From the NCBI RefSeq assembly GCF_054482525.1, contig NZ_CM137006.1: a DNA stretch of 64,000 nucleotides; one strand, given 5' to 3'. Below the pieces are notes generated by a model. The model did not search any database, was not told where the DNA came from, and worked only from the letters and a program-made list of their open reading frames with translations. Numbering within the stretch: the stretch's first letter is position 1; every line of letters begins with the position of its first letter. Positions 54,294-64,000 of the stretch are shown here, piece after piece. A program made the translations under genes and the position numbers.

Positions 54294-55670
54294 ATGAGCG
54301 ACACCTCACCTGCCATACCGGAAAGTATCGATCCGGCAAATCAGCATAAAACGCTGACTGCCGGACAACAGGCGGTTATTAAGAAGCTGTTTCGCCGCCT
54401 GATCGTCTTTCTGTTCGTGCTGTTTATCTTCTCGTTCCTTGATCGCATCAACATCGGCTTTGCCGGGCTCACGATGGGACGCGACCTCGGTCTGAGCGCC
54501 ACCATGTTTGGCCTCGCCACCACCCTGTTCTACGCCGCTTATGTCATCTTCGGCATTCCCAGCAACATTATGCTGAGTATTGTCGGTGCGCGGCGCTGGA
54601 TCGCCACCATCATGGTGCTTTGGGGCATCGCCTCTACGGTCACCATGTTTGCCACTGGCCCCACCAGCTTGTACGTACTGCGCATACTGGTTGGCATTAC
54701 CGAAGCCGGCTTTCTGCCTGGCATTCTGCTGTATTTAACCTTCTGGTTTCCGGCCTATTTCCGCGCCCGTGCCAACGCCTTGTTTATGGTAGCAATGCCG
54801 GTAACGACAGCGTTGGGATCGATCGTTTCCGGCTACATTTTGTCGCTGGATGGCGTAATGGCATTAAAAGGCTGGCAGTGGCTGTTTTTGCTGGAAGGCT
54901 TCCCGTCGGTATTACTCGGCGTCATGGTGTGGTTCTGGCTTGATGACTCACCGGACAAAGCTAAGTGGCTGACGAAAGAAGACAAAAAATGCCTGCAAGA
55001 GATGATGGATAACGATCGTCTGACGCTGGTTCAGCCAGAGGGAGCCATCAGCCACCACGCCATGCAACAACGCAGCATGTGGCGGGAGATCTTCACTCCG
55101 GTGGTGATGATGTATACCCTGGCGTATTTCTGCCTGACCAACACACTTAGTGCAATCAGCATCTGGACACCGCAGATCCTACAAAGCTTTAATCAGGGTA
55201 GCAGTAATATCACCATCGGCCTGCTGGCCGCCGTACCGCAGATTTGTACCATTCTCGGGATGATCTACTGGAGCCGTCACTCAGATCGCCGCCAGGAACG
55301 AAGGCATCACACCGCCCTTCCTTATTTGTTCGCTGCCGCTGGTTGGTTACTGGCTTCGGCAACTGATCACAACATGATCCAGATGCTGGGGATCATTATG
55401 GCTTCGACCGGATCATTCAGCGCAATGGCGATTTTCTGGACAACACCGGATCAGTCCATCAGCCTGCGGGCACGAGCGATCGGTATTGCGGTGATCAACG
55501 CCACTGGCAACATTGGTTCAGCATTAAGTCCGTTTATGATCGGCTGGTTGAAAGATCTGACCGGCAGCTTTAACAGTGGATTGTGGTTTGTTGCCGCGCT
55601 GCTGGTGATTGGTGCGGGGATTATCTGGGCGATTCCAATGCAGTCCTCCCGTCCGCGAGCGACCCCGTAA
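54294..55670 (+). CDS. hpaX: MFS 4-hydroxyphenylacetate permease
   Basis: 458 aa 12-TM MFS ORF. Confidence 0.88.
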   Translation: MSDTSPAIPESIDPANQHKTLTAGQQAVIKKLFRRLIVFLFVLFIFSFLDRINIGFAGLTMGRDLGLSATMFGLATTLFYAAYVIFGIPSNIMLSIVGARRWIATIMVLWGIASTVTMFATGPTSLYVLRILVGITEAGFLPGILLYLTFWFPAYFRARANALFMVAMPVTTALGSIVSGYILSLDGVMALKGWQWLFLLEGFPSVLLGVMVWFWLDDSPDKAKWLTKEDKKCLQEMMDNDRLTLVQPEGAISHHAMQQRSMWREIFTPVVMMYTLAYFCLTNTLSAISIWTPQILQSFNQGSSNITIGLLAAVPQICTILGMIYWSRHSDRRQERRHHTALPYLFAAAGWLLASATDHNMIQMLGIIMASTGSFSAMAIFWTTPDQSISLRARAIGIAVINATGNIGSALSPFMIGWLKDLTGSFNSGLWFVAALLVIGAGIIWAIPMQSSRPRATP

Positions 55671-55679
55671 GGAACGACG

Positions 55680-56570
55680 ATGTGTGACCGTCAGATTGCC
55701 AATATTGATATCAGCAAAGAGTACGATGAAAGCCTGGGTACTGACGATGTGCATTATCAGTCGTTCGCCCGCATGGCGGCATTTTTTGGCCGCCATATGC
55801 TGCCACATCGCCACGAACAGTACTTTCAGATGCATTTCCTCAATAGCGGACAGATTGAGCTACAGCTTGACGATCATCGCTACTCGGTGGAAGCGCCCCT
55901 GTTTGTCCTGACGCCACCGTCAGTACCTCATGCGTTTATTACGGAGTCTGACGCCGACGGTCATGTGTTGACGGTACGGGAAGATCTGATCTGGCCCCTG
56001 CTGGAAGTTCTTTATCCGGGCACTCGGGAAACCTTCGGCCTGCCGGGGATTTGCCTGTCACTGGCAGATAAACCCGACGAACTGGCGGCGCTGGAACACT
56101 ATTGGCAACTGATAGAGCGGGAATCGGTAGAACAACTGCCTGGACGGGAACACACCCTGACGCTACTGGCACAGGCAGTGTTCACCCTACTGCTGCGTAA
56201 CGCAAAACTCGACGACCATGCCGCCAGCGGGATGCGCGGAGAATTAAAACTGTTCCAACGTTTTCATATGCTGATTGAAAGCCATTTTCACCAGCACTGG
56301 ACAGTACCGGATTACGCTAACGAACTGCATATCACCGAATCACGACTCACGGACATCTGCCGTCGCTTTGCCAACCGTCCGCCAAAACGGTTGATTTTCG
56401 ACAGGCAGCTGCGAGAAGCCAAACGGCTGCTGCTGTTTTCTGATAACGCCGTGAACAATATTGCCTGGCAACTCGGTTTTAAGGATCCGGCTTATTTTGC
56501 CCGCTTTTTTAATCGCTTAGTCGGTTGCTCGCCCAGTGCTTATCGTGCCAAAAAAGTACCTGTGACGTGA
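55680..56570 (+). CDS. hpaA: AraC/XylS-family activator of hpaBC
   Basis: 296 aa ORF; cupin-like N-terminal domain and C-terminal AraC HTH (...AYFARFFNRLVGCSPSAYR). Confidence 0.88.
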   Translation: MCDRQIANIDISKEYDESLGTDDVHYQSFARMAAFFGRHMLPHRHEQYFQMHFLNSGQIELQLDDHRYSVEAPLFVLTPPSVPHAFITESDADGHVLTVREDLIWPLLEVLYPGTRETFGLPGICLSLADKPDELAALEHYWQLIERESVEQLPGREHTLTLLAQAVFTLLLRNAKLDDHAASGMRGELKLFQRFHMLIESHFHQHWTVPDYANELHITESRLTDICRRFANRPPKRLIFDRQLREAKRLLLFSDNAVNNIAWQLGFKDPAYFARFFNRLVGCSPSAYRAKKVPVT

Positions 56571-56820
56571 AAATCCCTTAGCCTTAACGGGAAACCAGGC
56601 ACCACCTGCTATTCCCCTTTCTCCGCCTGGAGCAAGGGGATTTAGTAACGTTAAAAATCGTTAAAAGCGACCTCGATCACAAAACCGTACCCGACATGAA
56701 AAGTACCAGCCATTGTCCCAAAAGTGTCTTCCCGTAATCGCCCCTGCAAGCTTCAATTGAATAACAAAAACAACACACAAAATTAACAATCGTATTCCGA
56801 TTAATACTGTAGAGGTCGAC

Positions 56821-58383
56821 ATGAAACCAGAAGATTTCCGCGCCAGTACCCAACGTCCGTTCACCGGGGAAGAGTATCTGAAAAGCCTGCAGGATGGTCG
56901 AGAGATCTATATCTATGGCGAGCGAGTGAAAGACGTCACCACTCATCCGGCATTTCGTAATGCGGCAGCGTCTGTTGCCCAACTGTACGACGCGCTACAC
57001 AAACCGGAGATGCAGGACTCTCTGTGTTGGAACACCGACACCGGCAGCGGCGGCTATACCCATAAATTCTTCCGCGTGGCGAAAAGTGCCGACGACCTGC
57101 GCCAGCAACGCGACGCCATCGCTGAGTGGTCACGCCTGAGCTATGGCTGGATGGGCCGTACCCCAGACTACAAAGCTGCTTTCGGTTGCGCACTGGGCGC
57201 GAATCCGGGCTTTTACGGTCAGTTCGAGCAGAACGCCCGTAACTGGTACACCCGTATTCAGGAAACTGGCCTCTACTTTAACCACGCGATTGTTAACCCA
57301 CCGATCGATCGTCATTTGCCGACCGATAAAGTAAAAGACGTTTACATCAAGCTGGAAAAAGAGACTGACGCCGGGATTATCGTCAGCGGTGCGAAAGTGG
57401 TTGCCACCAACTCGGCGCTGACTCACTACAACATGATTGGCTTCGGCTCGGCACAAGTGATGGGCGAAAACCCGGACTTCGCACTGATGTTCGTTGCGCC
57501 AATGGATGCCGATGGCGTGAAATTAATCTCCCGCGCCTCTTATGAGATGGTCGCGGGTGCTACCGGCTCGCCGTACGACTACCCGCTCTCCAGCCGCTTC
57601 GATGAGAACGATGCGATTCTGGTGATGGATAACGTGCTGATCCCATGGGAAAACGTGCTGATCTACCGCGATTTTGATCGCTGCCGTCGCTGGACGATGG
57701 AAGGCGGTTTCGCCCGTATGTATCCGCTGCAAGCCTGTGTGCGCCTGGCAGTGAAATTAGACTTCATTACGGCACTGCTGAAAAAATCACTCGAATGTAC
57801 CGGCACCCTGGAGTTCCGTGGCGTGCAGGCCGATCTCGGTGAAGTGGTGGCGTGGCGCAACACCTTCTGGGCATTGAGTGACTCGATGTGTTCAGAAGCA
57901 ACGCCGTGGGTCAACGGGGCTTATTTACCGGATCATGCCGCACTGCAAACCTATCGCGTACTGGCACCAATGGCCTACGCGAAGATCAAAAACATTATCG
58001 AACGCAACGTTACCAGTGGCCTGATCTATCTCCCTTCCAGTGCCCGTGACCTGAACAATCCGCAGATCGACCAGTATCTGGCGAAGTATGTGCGCGGTTC
58101 GAATGGTATGGATCACGTCCAGCGCATCAAGATCCTCAAACTGATGTGGGATGCCATTGGCAGCGAATTTGGTGGTCGTCACGAACTGTATGAAATCAAC
58201 TACTCCGGTAGCCAGGATGAGATTCGCCTGCAGTGTCTGCGCCAGGCACAAAGCTCCGGCAATATGGACAAGATGATGGCGATGGTTGATCGCTGCCTGT
58301 CGGAATACGACCAGAACGGCTGGACTGTGCCGCACCTGCACAACAACGACGATATCAACATGCTGGATAAGCTGCTGAAATAA
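56821..58383 (+). CDS. hpaB: 4-hydroxyphenylacetate 3-monooxygenase, oxygenase component
   Basis: 520 aa ORF MKPEDFRASTQRPFTGEEYLKSLQDGREIYIYGERVKDVTTHPAFRNAA... Confidence 0.92.
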   Translation: MKPEDFRASTQRPFTGEEYLKSLQDGREIYIYGERVKDVTTHPAFRNAAASVAQLYDALHKPEMQDSLCWNTDTGSGGYTHKFFRVAKSADDLRQQRDAIAEWSRLSYGWMGRTPDYKAAFGCALGANPGFYGQFEQNARNWYTRIQETGLYFNHAIVNPPIDRHLPTDKVKDVYIKLEKETDAGIIVSGAKVVATNSALTHYNMIGFGSAQVMGENPDFALMFVAPMDADGVKLISRASYEMVAGATGSPYDYPLSSRFDENDAILVMDNVLIPWENVLIYRDFDRCRRWTMEGGFARMYPLQACVRLAVKLDFITALLKKSLECTGTLEFRGVQADLGEVVAWRNTFWALSDSMCSEATPWVNGAYLPDHAALQTYRVLAPMAYAKIKNIIERNVTSGLIYLPSSARDLNNPQIDQYLAKYVRGSNGMDHVQRIKILKLMWDAIGSEFGGRHELYEINYSGSQDEIRLQCLRQAQSSGNMDKMMAMVDRCLSEYDQNGWTVPHLHNNDDINMLDKLLK

Positions 58384-58400
58384 CGCAGCAGGAGGTTAAG

Positions 58401-58913
58401 ATGCAATTAGATGAACAACGCCTGCGCTTTCGTGACGCAATGGCCAGCCTGTCGGCAGCGGTAAATATTATCACCACCGAGGGCAACGCCGGGCAATGCG
58501 GGATTACGGCAACGGCTGTCTGCTCGGTCACGGATACACCACCGTCGCTGATGGTGTGCATTAACGCCAACAGTGCGATGAACCCGGTTTTTCAGGGCAA
58601 CGGTAAGTTGTGCGTCAACGTCCTCAACCATGAGCAGGAACTGATGGCACGCCACTTCGCGGGCATGACAGGCATGGCGATGGAAGAGCGTTTTAGCCTC
58701 TCATGCTGGCAAAAAGGTCCGCTGGCGCAGCCGGTGCTAAAAGGTTCGCTGGCCAGTCTTGAAGGTGAGATCCGCGATGTGCAGGCAATTGGCACACATC
58801 TGGTGTATCTGGTGGAGATTAAAAACATCATCCTCAGTGCAGAAGGTCACGGACTTATCTACTTTAAACGCCGTTTCCATCCGGTGATGCTGGAAATGGA
58901 AGCTGCGATTTAA
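58401..58913 (+). CDS. hpaC: 4-hydroxyphenylacetate 3-monooxygenase, flavin reductase component
   Basis: 170 aa ORF MQLDEQRLRFRDAMASLSAAVNIITTEGNAGQCGITATAVCSVTDTPPSLMVCIN...; GGAGG RBS. Confidence 0.9.
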   Translation: MQLDEQRLRFRDAMASLSAAVNIITTEGNAGQCGITATAVCSVTDTPPSLMVCINANSAMNPVFQGNGKLCVNVLNHEQELMARHFAGMTGMAMEERFSLSCWQKGPLAQPVLKGSLASLEGEIRDVQAIGTHLVYLVEIKNIILSAEGHGLIYFKRRFHPVMLEMEAAI

Positions 58914-58920
58914 GCTCCAG

Positions 58921-58952
58921 CCCCTTCACGTATTCGTCGAAGGGGCATTTTT
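58921..58952 (+). terminator. rho-independent terminator of hpaBC (CCCCTTC-loop-GAAGGGG then T-tract); approximate
   Basis: ccccttcacgtattcgtcgaaggggcattttta directly after hpaC stop. Confidence 0.75.
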
Positions 58953-58954
58953 AT

Positions 58955-58970
58955 TGTGATCTCAATCACA
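58955..58970. promoter_or_regulatory. CRP (cAMP receptor protein) consensus site TGTGA-N6-TCACA upstream of btsT; approximate
   Basis: tgtgatctcaatcaca, perfect match to both CRP half-sites. Confidence 0.7.
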
Positions 58971-58998
58971 TATCCACCCGATGAATAATTCTTGCCCA

Positions 58999-59026
58999 AC
59001 CGCTCACCGCCATTCCTGACCGCTTA
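58999..59026. promoter_or_regulatory. direct repeat ACCGCTCA-N12-ACCGCTTA, candidate LytTR response-regulator (BtsR/YehT) binding site in the btsT promoter; approximate
   Basis: two 8-bp direct repeats at the spacing expected for LytTR regulators. Confidence 0.6.
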
Positions 59027-59183
59027 CATCCCTAAAATAACCACTCAGTTATTTACCTTACTTTATGCGCGCGTAACTCTGGCAACATCACTGCAGGATA
59101 GCGGTCAATTTACCTCCTCAAACGCAACGCAAACCTAGAACGGCTTCGGCCTATGATTAACAAATTACTCTATGGATTTTGGT

Positions 59184-59288
59184 TTGCAGGAAGGCAGCAA
59201 GTGAGTGAATCCCCGGGAGCTTACAACAGTAAGTGACAGGGGTGAACGAACGCAGCTGCCGCACCTGTAAGCCAAAAGACGACGAGTA
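59184..59288 (+). repeat. copy B of the ~100-nt structured repeat, immediately upstream of btsT start codon
   Basis: ttgcaggaaggcagcaagtgagtgaatccccgggagcttacaacagtaagtgacaggggtgaacgaacg...gacgagta; same orientation and ~85% identity to copy A (4496..4600). Confidence 0.6.
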
Positions 59289-59305
59289 AAATGCCAGGTT
59301 TTACT

Positions 59306-61456
59306 ATGGATACGAAAAAACTATTCAAGCACATACCCTGGGTGATTCTCGGAATCATCGGTGCATTCTGCCTCGCGGTAGTTGCATTACGTCGGGGGGA
59401 GCACGTCAGCGCCCTGTGGATCGTGGTCGCCTCTGTGTCGGTGTATCTGGTGGCTTATCGCTACTACAGTCTGTACATCGCCCAGAAGGTGATGAAACTC
59501 GACCCCACGCGCGCGACGCCTGCGGTTATTAACAACGACGGTCTGAACTACGTTCCGACCAACCGTTACGTGTTGTTTGGTCACCACTTCGCCGCTATCG
59601 CCGGTGCTGGTCCGCTGGTTGGACCGGTTCTCGCCGCGCAGATGGGCTACCTGCCTGGCACGCTGTGGCTGCTGGCGGGGGTCGTGCTGGCCGGTGCGGT
59701 TCAGGACTTTATGGTGCTGTTTATCTCCTCTCGCCGTAACGGCGCATCTCTCGGTGAGATGATCAAAGAAGAGATGGGACCAGTACCGGGGACTATCGCG
59801 CTGTTTGGCTGTTTCTTAATCATGATCATCATCCTCGCCGTCCTGGCGCTGATTGTGGTTAAAGCCCTGGCCGAAAGTCCGTGGGGTGTCTTCACCGTTT
59901 GCTCAACCGTACCGATTGCGCTGTTTATGGGTATCTACATGCGCTTTATCCGTCCGGGGCGTGTGGGTGAAGTCTCTGTCATTGGTATCGTGCTGCTGGT
60001 TGCCTCTATCTACTTCGGTGGCGTGATTGCTCACGATCCGTACTGGGGTCCGGCACTGACCTTTAAAGACACCACCATTACCTTCGCGCTGATTGGCTAT
60101 GCGTTTGTTTCCGCACTGCTGCCGGTGTGGCTGATCCTCGCACCGCGCGACTATCTGGCAACCTTCCTGAAAATCGGTGTTATCGTCGGCCTGGCGCTGG
60201 GTATCGTGGTGCTGAACCCGGAACTGAAAATGCCTGCGATGACCCAGTACATTGACGGTACTGGCCCGCTGTGGAAAGGCGCTCTGTTCCCGTTCCTGTT
60301 CATCACCATCGCCTGTGGTGCGGTATCTGGCTTCCACGCACTGATCTCTTCCGGTACGACACCGAAACTGCTGGCTAATGAAACCGACGCGCGTTTCATT
60401 GGCTACGGCGCAATGCTGATGGAGTCCTTCGTGGCGATTATGGCGCTGGTTGCTGCGTCCATCATCGAACCGGGTCTTTACTTCGCGATGAACACCCCGC
60501 CTGCTGGCCTCGGCATCACCATGCCTAACCTGCATGAAATGGGTGGCGAGAACGCGCCGATCATCATGGCGCAGCTGAAAGACGTTACCGCACACGCGGC
60601 AGCGACCGTCAGCTCCTGGGGCTTCGTGATTTCGCCAGAGCAGATCCTGCAAACCGCGAAAGACATTGGTGAGCCTTCTGTCCTGAACCGTGCAGGTGGT
60701 GCGCCGACGCTGGCGGTAGGTATCGCTCACGTGTTCCACAAAGTGCTGCCGATGGCTGACATGGGCTTCTGGTATCACTTCGGTATTCTGTTCGAAGCCC
60801 TGTTCATCCTGACCGCGCTGGATGCGGGTACCCGTTCTGGCCGCTTTATGCTGCAAGACCTGCTGGGTAACTTTATCCCGTTCCTGAAAAAAACCGACTC
60901 TCTGGTTGCTGGTATCATCGGTACTGCGGGCTGTGTGGGTCTGTGGGGCTACCTGCTGTATCAGGGCGTGGTCGATCCGCTGGGCGGCGTTAAGAGCCTG
61001 TGGCCGCTGTTCGGTATCTCCAACCAGATGCTGGCAGCCGTGGCGCTGGTACTGGGTACCGTTGTGCTGATTAAGATGAAGCGCACCCAATACATCTGGG
61101 TAACTGTTGTTCCGGCTGTATGGCTGCTTATCTGCACCACCTGGGCGCTGGGCCTGAAACTGTTCAGCACCAACCCGCAGATGGAAGGCTTCTTCTACAT
61201 GGCAAGCCAGTACAAAGAGAAGATTGCTAACGGTACTGACCTGACGGCGCAGCAGATTGCCAACATGAACCACATCGTTGTGAACAACTACACCAACGCA
61301 GGCCTGAGTATTCTGTTCCTGATTGTGGTGTACAGCATCATCTTCTACGGTTTCAAAACCTGGCTTGCGGTGCGTAACAGCGACAAACGTACTGACAAAG
61401 AAACACCGTACGTTCCAATCCCGGAAGGCGGCGTGAAGATCTCTTCGCACCACTAA
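59306..61456 (+). CDS. btsT: CstA-family pyruvate/H+ symporter BtsT (YjiY)
   Basis: ORF 59291..61456; MDTKKLFKHIPWVILGIIGAFCLAVVALRRGEHVSALWIVVASVSVYLVAYRYYS... from codon 6; polytopic membrane protein. Confidence 0.9.
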   Translation: MDTKKLFKHIPWVILGIIGAFCLAVVALRRGEHVSALWIVVASVSVYLVAYRYYSLYIAQKVMKLDPTRATPAVINNDGLNYVPTNRYVLFGHHFAAIAGAGPLVGPVLAAQMGYLPGTLWLLAGVVLAGAVQDFMVLFISSRRNGASLGEMIKEEMGPVPGTIALFGCFLIMIIILAVLALIVVKALAESPWGVFTVCSTVPIALFMGIYMRFIRPGRVGEVSVIGIVLLVASIYFGGVIAHDPYWGPALTFKDTTITFALIGYAFVSALLPVWLILAPRDYLATFLKIGVIVGLALGIVVLNPELKMPAMTQYIDGTGPLWKGALFPFLFITIACGAVSGFHALISSGTTPKLLANETDARFIGYGAMLMESFVAIMALVAASIIEPGLYFAMNTPPAGLGITMPNLHEMGGENAPIIMAQLKDVTAHAAATVSSWGFVISPEQILQTAKDIGEPSVLNRAGGAPTLAVGIAHVFHKVLPMADMGFWYHFGILFEALFILTALDAGTRSGRFMLQDLLGNFIPFLKKTDSLVAGIIGTAGCVGLWGYLLYQGVVDPLGGVKSLWPLFGISNQMLAAVALVLGTVVLIKMKRTQYIWVTVVPAVWLLICTTWALGLKLFSTNPQMEGFFYMASQYKEKIANGTDLTAQQIANMNHIVVNNYTNAGLSILFLIVVYSIIFYGFKTWLAVRNSDKRTDKETPYVPIPEGGVKISSHH

Positions 61457-61461
61457 CCGTG

Positions 61462-61495
61462 TTTAGCCCCGCTTCGGCGGGGCTTTGTTCTTATC
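61462..61495 (+). terminator. rho-independent terminator after btsT (GCCCCGC-ttcg-GCGGGGC then T-rich); approximate
   Basis: tagccccgcttcggcggggctttgttctt. Confidence 0.7.
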
Positions 61496-61505
61496 AGAGT
61501 GAACT

Positions 61506-61709
61506 ATGTTTGGTAACTTAGGACAGGCAAAAAAATATCTCGGCCAGGCGGCGAAGATGTTGATTGGCATTCCAGACTACGACAACTACGTCGAGCATAT
61601 GAAGACCAACCATCCCGACAAGCCGTACATGAGCTATGAAGAATTCTTCCGCGAACGCCAGAACGCGCGCTACGGCGGCGATGGTAAAGGCGGTATGCGC
61701 TGTTGTTAA
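61506..61709 (+). CDS. yjiX: small protein YjiX (DUF466, CstA-associated)
   Basis: 67 aa [70 protein letters not shown]. Confidence 0.85.
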
Positions 61710-61719
61710 TGGAGAGAGC

Positions 61720-62676
61720 ATGAACCCGATTGCAGTTACCCTACTCACCGGTTTTTTAGGCGCGGGCAAAACCACCCTGCTGCGCCATATTCTTAACGAA
61801 CAACACGGCTACAAGATTGCCGTGATTGAAAACGAATTCGGCGAAGTCTCCGTTGATGATCAACTGATTGGCGATCGCGCCACGCAGATCAAAACGCTGA
61901 CCAACGGCTGCATCTGCTGTTCGCGCTCCAACGAGCTGGAGGACGCGCTACTCGACCTGCTGGACAATCTCGACAAGGGCAATATTCAGTTCGACCGTCT
62001 GGTCATTGAATGCACCGGCATGGCCGATCCCGGCCCGATTATTCAGACCTTTTTCTCCCATGAGATTTTATGCCAGCGCTACCTGCTGGACGGCGTGATT
62101 GCGCTGGTGGACGCGGTACATGCCGATGAGCAGATGAACCAGTTCACCATCGCCCAGTCACAGGTTGGCTACGCCGACCGTATTCTGCTGACTAAAACCG
62201 ACGTCGCAGGTGAAGCAGAAAAACTGCGCGAACGCCTGGCACGCATCAACGCCCGCGCACCGGTCTACACCGTTACCCACGGCGACATCGACCTGGGCCT
62301 GCTGTTCAACACCAACGGTTTTATGCTGGAAGAGAACGTCGTCAGCACCAAACCGCGTTTCCACTTTATCGCGGATAAACAAAACGATATTTCGTCGATT
62401 GTGGTGGAACTGGATTACCCGGTAGATATCAGCGAAGTTTCCCGGGTGATGGAAAACCTGCTGCTGGAGTCGGCAGATAAACTGCTGCGTTACAAAGGGA
62501 TGCTGTGGATTGACGGCGAACCTAACCGTCTGCTGTTCCAGGGCGTCCAGCGCCTCTACAGCGCCGACTGGGACCGCCCGTGGGGCGATGAAAAACCGCA
62601 TAGCACGATGGTGTTTATCGGGATTCAGCTGCCGGAGGATGAGATTCGGGCGGCGTTTGCGGAACTCAAAAAGTAA
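61720..62676 (+). CDS. yjiA: CobW/HypB/UreG-family P-loop GTPase YjiA (Zn-associated)
   Basis: in-frame part of ORF 61636..62676; MNPIAVTLLTGFLGAGKTTLLRHILNE Walker A; GCICCS metal motif. Confidence 0.88.
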   Translation: MNPIAVTLLTGFLGAGKTTLLRHILNEQHGYKIAVIENEFGEVSVDDQLIGDRATQIKTLTNGCICCSRSNELEDALLDLLDNLDKGNIQFDRLVIECTGMADPGPIIQTFFSHEILCQRYLLDGVIALVDAVHADEQMNQFTIAQSQVGYADRILLTKTDVAGEAEKLRERLARINARAPVYTVTHGDIDLGLLFNTNGFMLEENVVSTKPRFHFIADKQNDISSIVVELDYPVDISEVSRVMENLLLESADKLLRYKGMLWIDGEPNRLLFQGVQRLYSADWDRPWGDEKPHSTMVFIGIQLPEDEIRAAFAELKK

Positions 62677-62753
62677 CCAGCCCTCCAACATCACAATACC
62701 TGAGACTTTATCACCCTCATATTCCTCCTGAATATGAGGGCTTTCGGGCTTAA

Positions 62754-64000
62754 TTATCTCTGAACGTGCAACACTTCCTGCGACTCCTTATGCGCCTCCA
62801 CATCCTGCTTCGTTAACCAGAGCGACTTACGACCAAAATTTTCGTACATTTTCAGCTGATCTTCATAGTGCTTATCAACTGTTCCATCGGGAGCAATAAA
62901 TCCACTCTGACCGGGTGCGACCACATCCCAGGCAAGCACCGGGCGATCGCTCGTCATTGGTGAGAAGACAATCATATCGTTTTCTGTTCCACGGTTTTGA
63001 TACTCCGCCTGATGACGCGCTTCTTCCGCTGCGGCCTGCGGTACGCCAAAGAAATTATTTGCCCGGAACGTTAAGGCCATTGCAGGTGTTTTCCAGTTAC
63101 TCACATTATTGCCATAGCGTTTGGAAAGAGTCTCCCAGGTATCTTCCAGCGCAGCCAACACAACCTCCTGCTGTGATTTCCCGGCAAACAGATCAACCGC
63201 CTGTGGGATTGGTGATTTGTCTCCCTGCACCGCCTCATACAAAATTTTTGCTCCAACACTTATATTCAGCGAACCAGTTGGACCGTCCTGGGTTGTTTCG
63301 TAGCCACTGGCGCTGTACCACTTATCAAATGGCATAGGTACAACAGCCACTACGGTACGCTTCAACATACTGGTCAGCCAAACGTTTAGGATGGCAGAGC
63401 CTGGCTGTTGCCAGGTTTTACCATCATCATTGAGCAGATTGATGCCATCCCAACGTGTTAATGTTTCTACCAACTGACGACGCGGATCGCTCTGTGTCAA
63501 ACCAGATGTCGCTGCTTGCAGAGTAGGTAAAAAAAGCCTCAGGTTAAGATCCTGACGACTGGTTTGGCGAATAACATCCCATGCCTGATCAGCAGTTAAG
63601 CGTGGCTTTTGCTCAAGCAGTCGGTCGATCTCCGTAACGCGATCTGCACCACCCCACAAAAAGGCAAACAGATCCGAAGCGGGATAATCTTTTTGGGGGG
63701 AATTGTTCCAGTTAGCAATATATCCCGACTGGGGGTTATACACCTTAGGGTTCATTTCAAAAGGCAATAGCCCTTTCCAGTCCCATTTTCCCGTACCAGG
63801 AACGGGTAATCGCGGATCATGGCCTGATTGACGATCTGGATAAGCACCAGTATGAACATAACCAATATTGCCGTTTACATCAGCATAGTACCAGTTGATG
63901 GTCAGTGCTTGTTTCGCTGCCTGCTGTGTCCACTCCTGCCAATTTTTGGCCTTCATCTGATGAGTCCAGGCCAGCAAAGACGCCACCTCTTTACCATCCC
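62754..64000 (-). CDS. pac: penicillin G acylase (Ntn-hydrolase), 3' portion; gene continues beyond window end
   Basis: ORF 62754..63986 with no start in window; C-terminus ...[30 protein letters not shown] and internal ...[56 protein letters not shown] match E. coli penicillin amidase beta subunit. Confidence 0.85.
   Translation of the reverse strand, partial: DGKEVASLLAWTHQMKAKNWQEWTQQAAKQALTINWYYADVNGNIGYVHTGAYPDRQSGHDPRLPVPGTGKWDWKGLLPFEMNPKVYNPQSGYIANWNNSPQKDYPASDLFAFLWGGADRVTEIDRLLEQKPRLTADQAWDVIRQTSRQDLNLRLFLPTLQAATSGLTQSDPRRQLVETLTRWDGINLLNDDGKTWQQPGSAILNVWLTSMLKRTVVAVVPMPFDKWYSASGYETTQDGPTGSLNISVGAKILYEAVQGDKSPIPQAVDLFAGKSQQEVVLAALEDTWETLSKRYGNNVSNWKTPAMALTFRANNFFGVPQAAAEEARHQAEYQNRGTENDMIVFSPMTSDRPVLAWDVVAPGQSGFIAPDGTVDKHYEDQLKMYENFGRKSLWLTKQDVEAHKESQEVLHVQR

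Noticed and set aside
59170-59190. Sigma54-like TGG-N8-TTGCA at the start of leader repeat copy B
   Set aside because: Only the TGG and TTGCA cores match; the -24 element is otherwise poor and the motif is not conserved in copy A, so likely coincidental.
59903-61453. 516-aa minus-strand ORF covering most of btsT
   Set aside because: Antisense shadow ORF of a conserved transporter gene; His/Arg/Gln-rich, no recognisable domain.

Overview
This window is an Escherichia coli chromosomal segment, read as the reverse complement of the usual K-12 map orientation. It runs rob - gpmB - yjjX - trpR - slt - ettA - [5.8 kb accessory island] - nadR - radA - serB - smp - lplA - [yjjJ position replaced] - deoDBAC - yjjI/yjjW - yjjV - yjjU - ytjA - osmY - prfC - yjjG - rimI - holD - rsmC - three tRNA-Leu - yjjZ - fhuF - bglJ/yjjQ - yjjP/yjjB - dnaT/dnaC - yjjA - opgB - lgoDRT - tsr - hpa cluster (hpaR, hpaGEDFHI, hpaX, hpaA, hpaBC) - btsT - yjiX - yjiA - penicillin G acylase (3' part). 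Gene calls come from reading the translated ORFs against remembered protein families; no database search was run. CDS coordinates come from ORF-track arithmetic and are reliable; coordinates of short DNA motifs are approximate (about +/-2 bp). The hpa cluster plus pac marks this as a non-K-12, E. coli W-like background. I found no CRISPR array, IS element, integrase, prophage or recognisable multi-gene defence system. The best candidates for something undescribed are (1) the ettA-nadR island, with a LysR-controlled AKR-SDR-SRPBCC operon, a decayed OYE reductase gene, a ModE-like/TauE exporter pair behind a perfect inverted repeat, and an antitoxin-like stub; (2) a small HTH gene and a cluster of TGAAT-type direct repeats where K-12 has the HipA-like kinase gene yjjJ; and (3) a roughly 100-nt element present in the same orientation upstream of both ettA and btsT. 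All three are inferences from sequence reading and need homology searches and comparative genomics to confirm.
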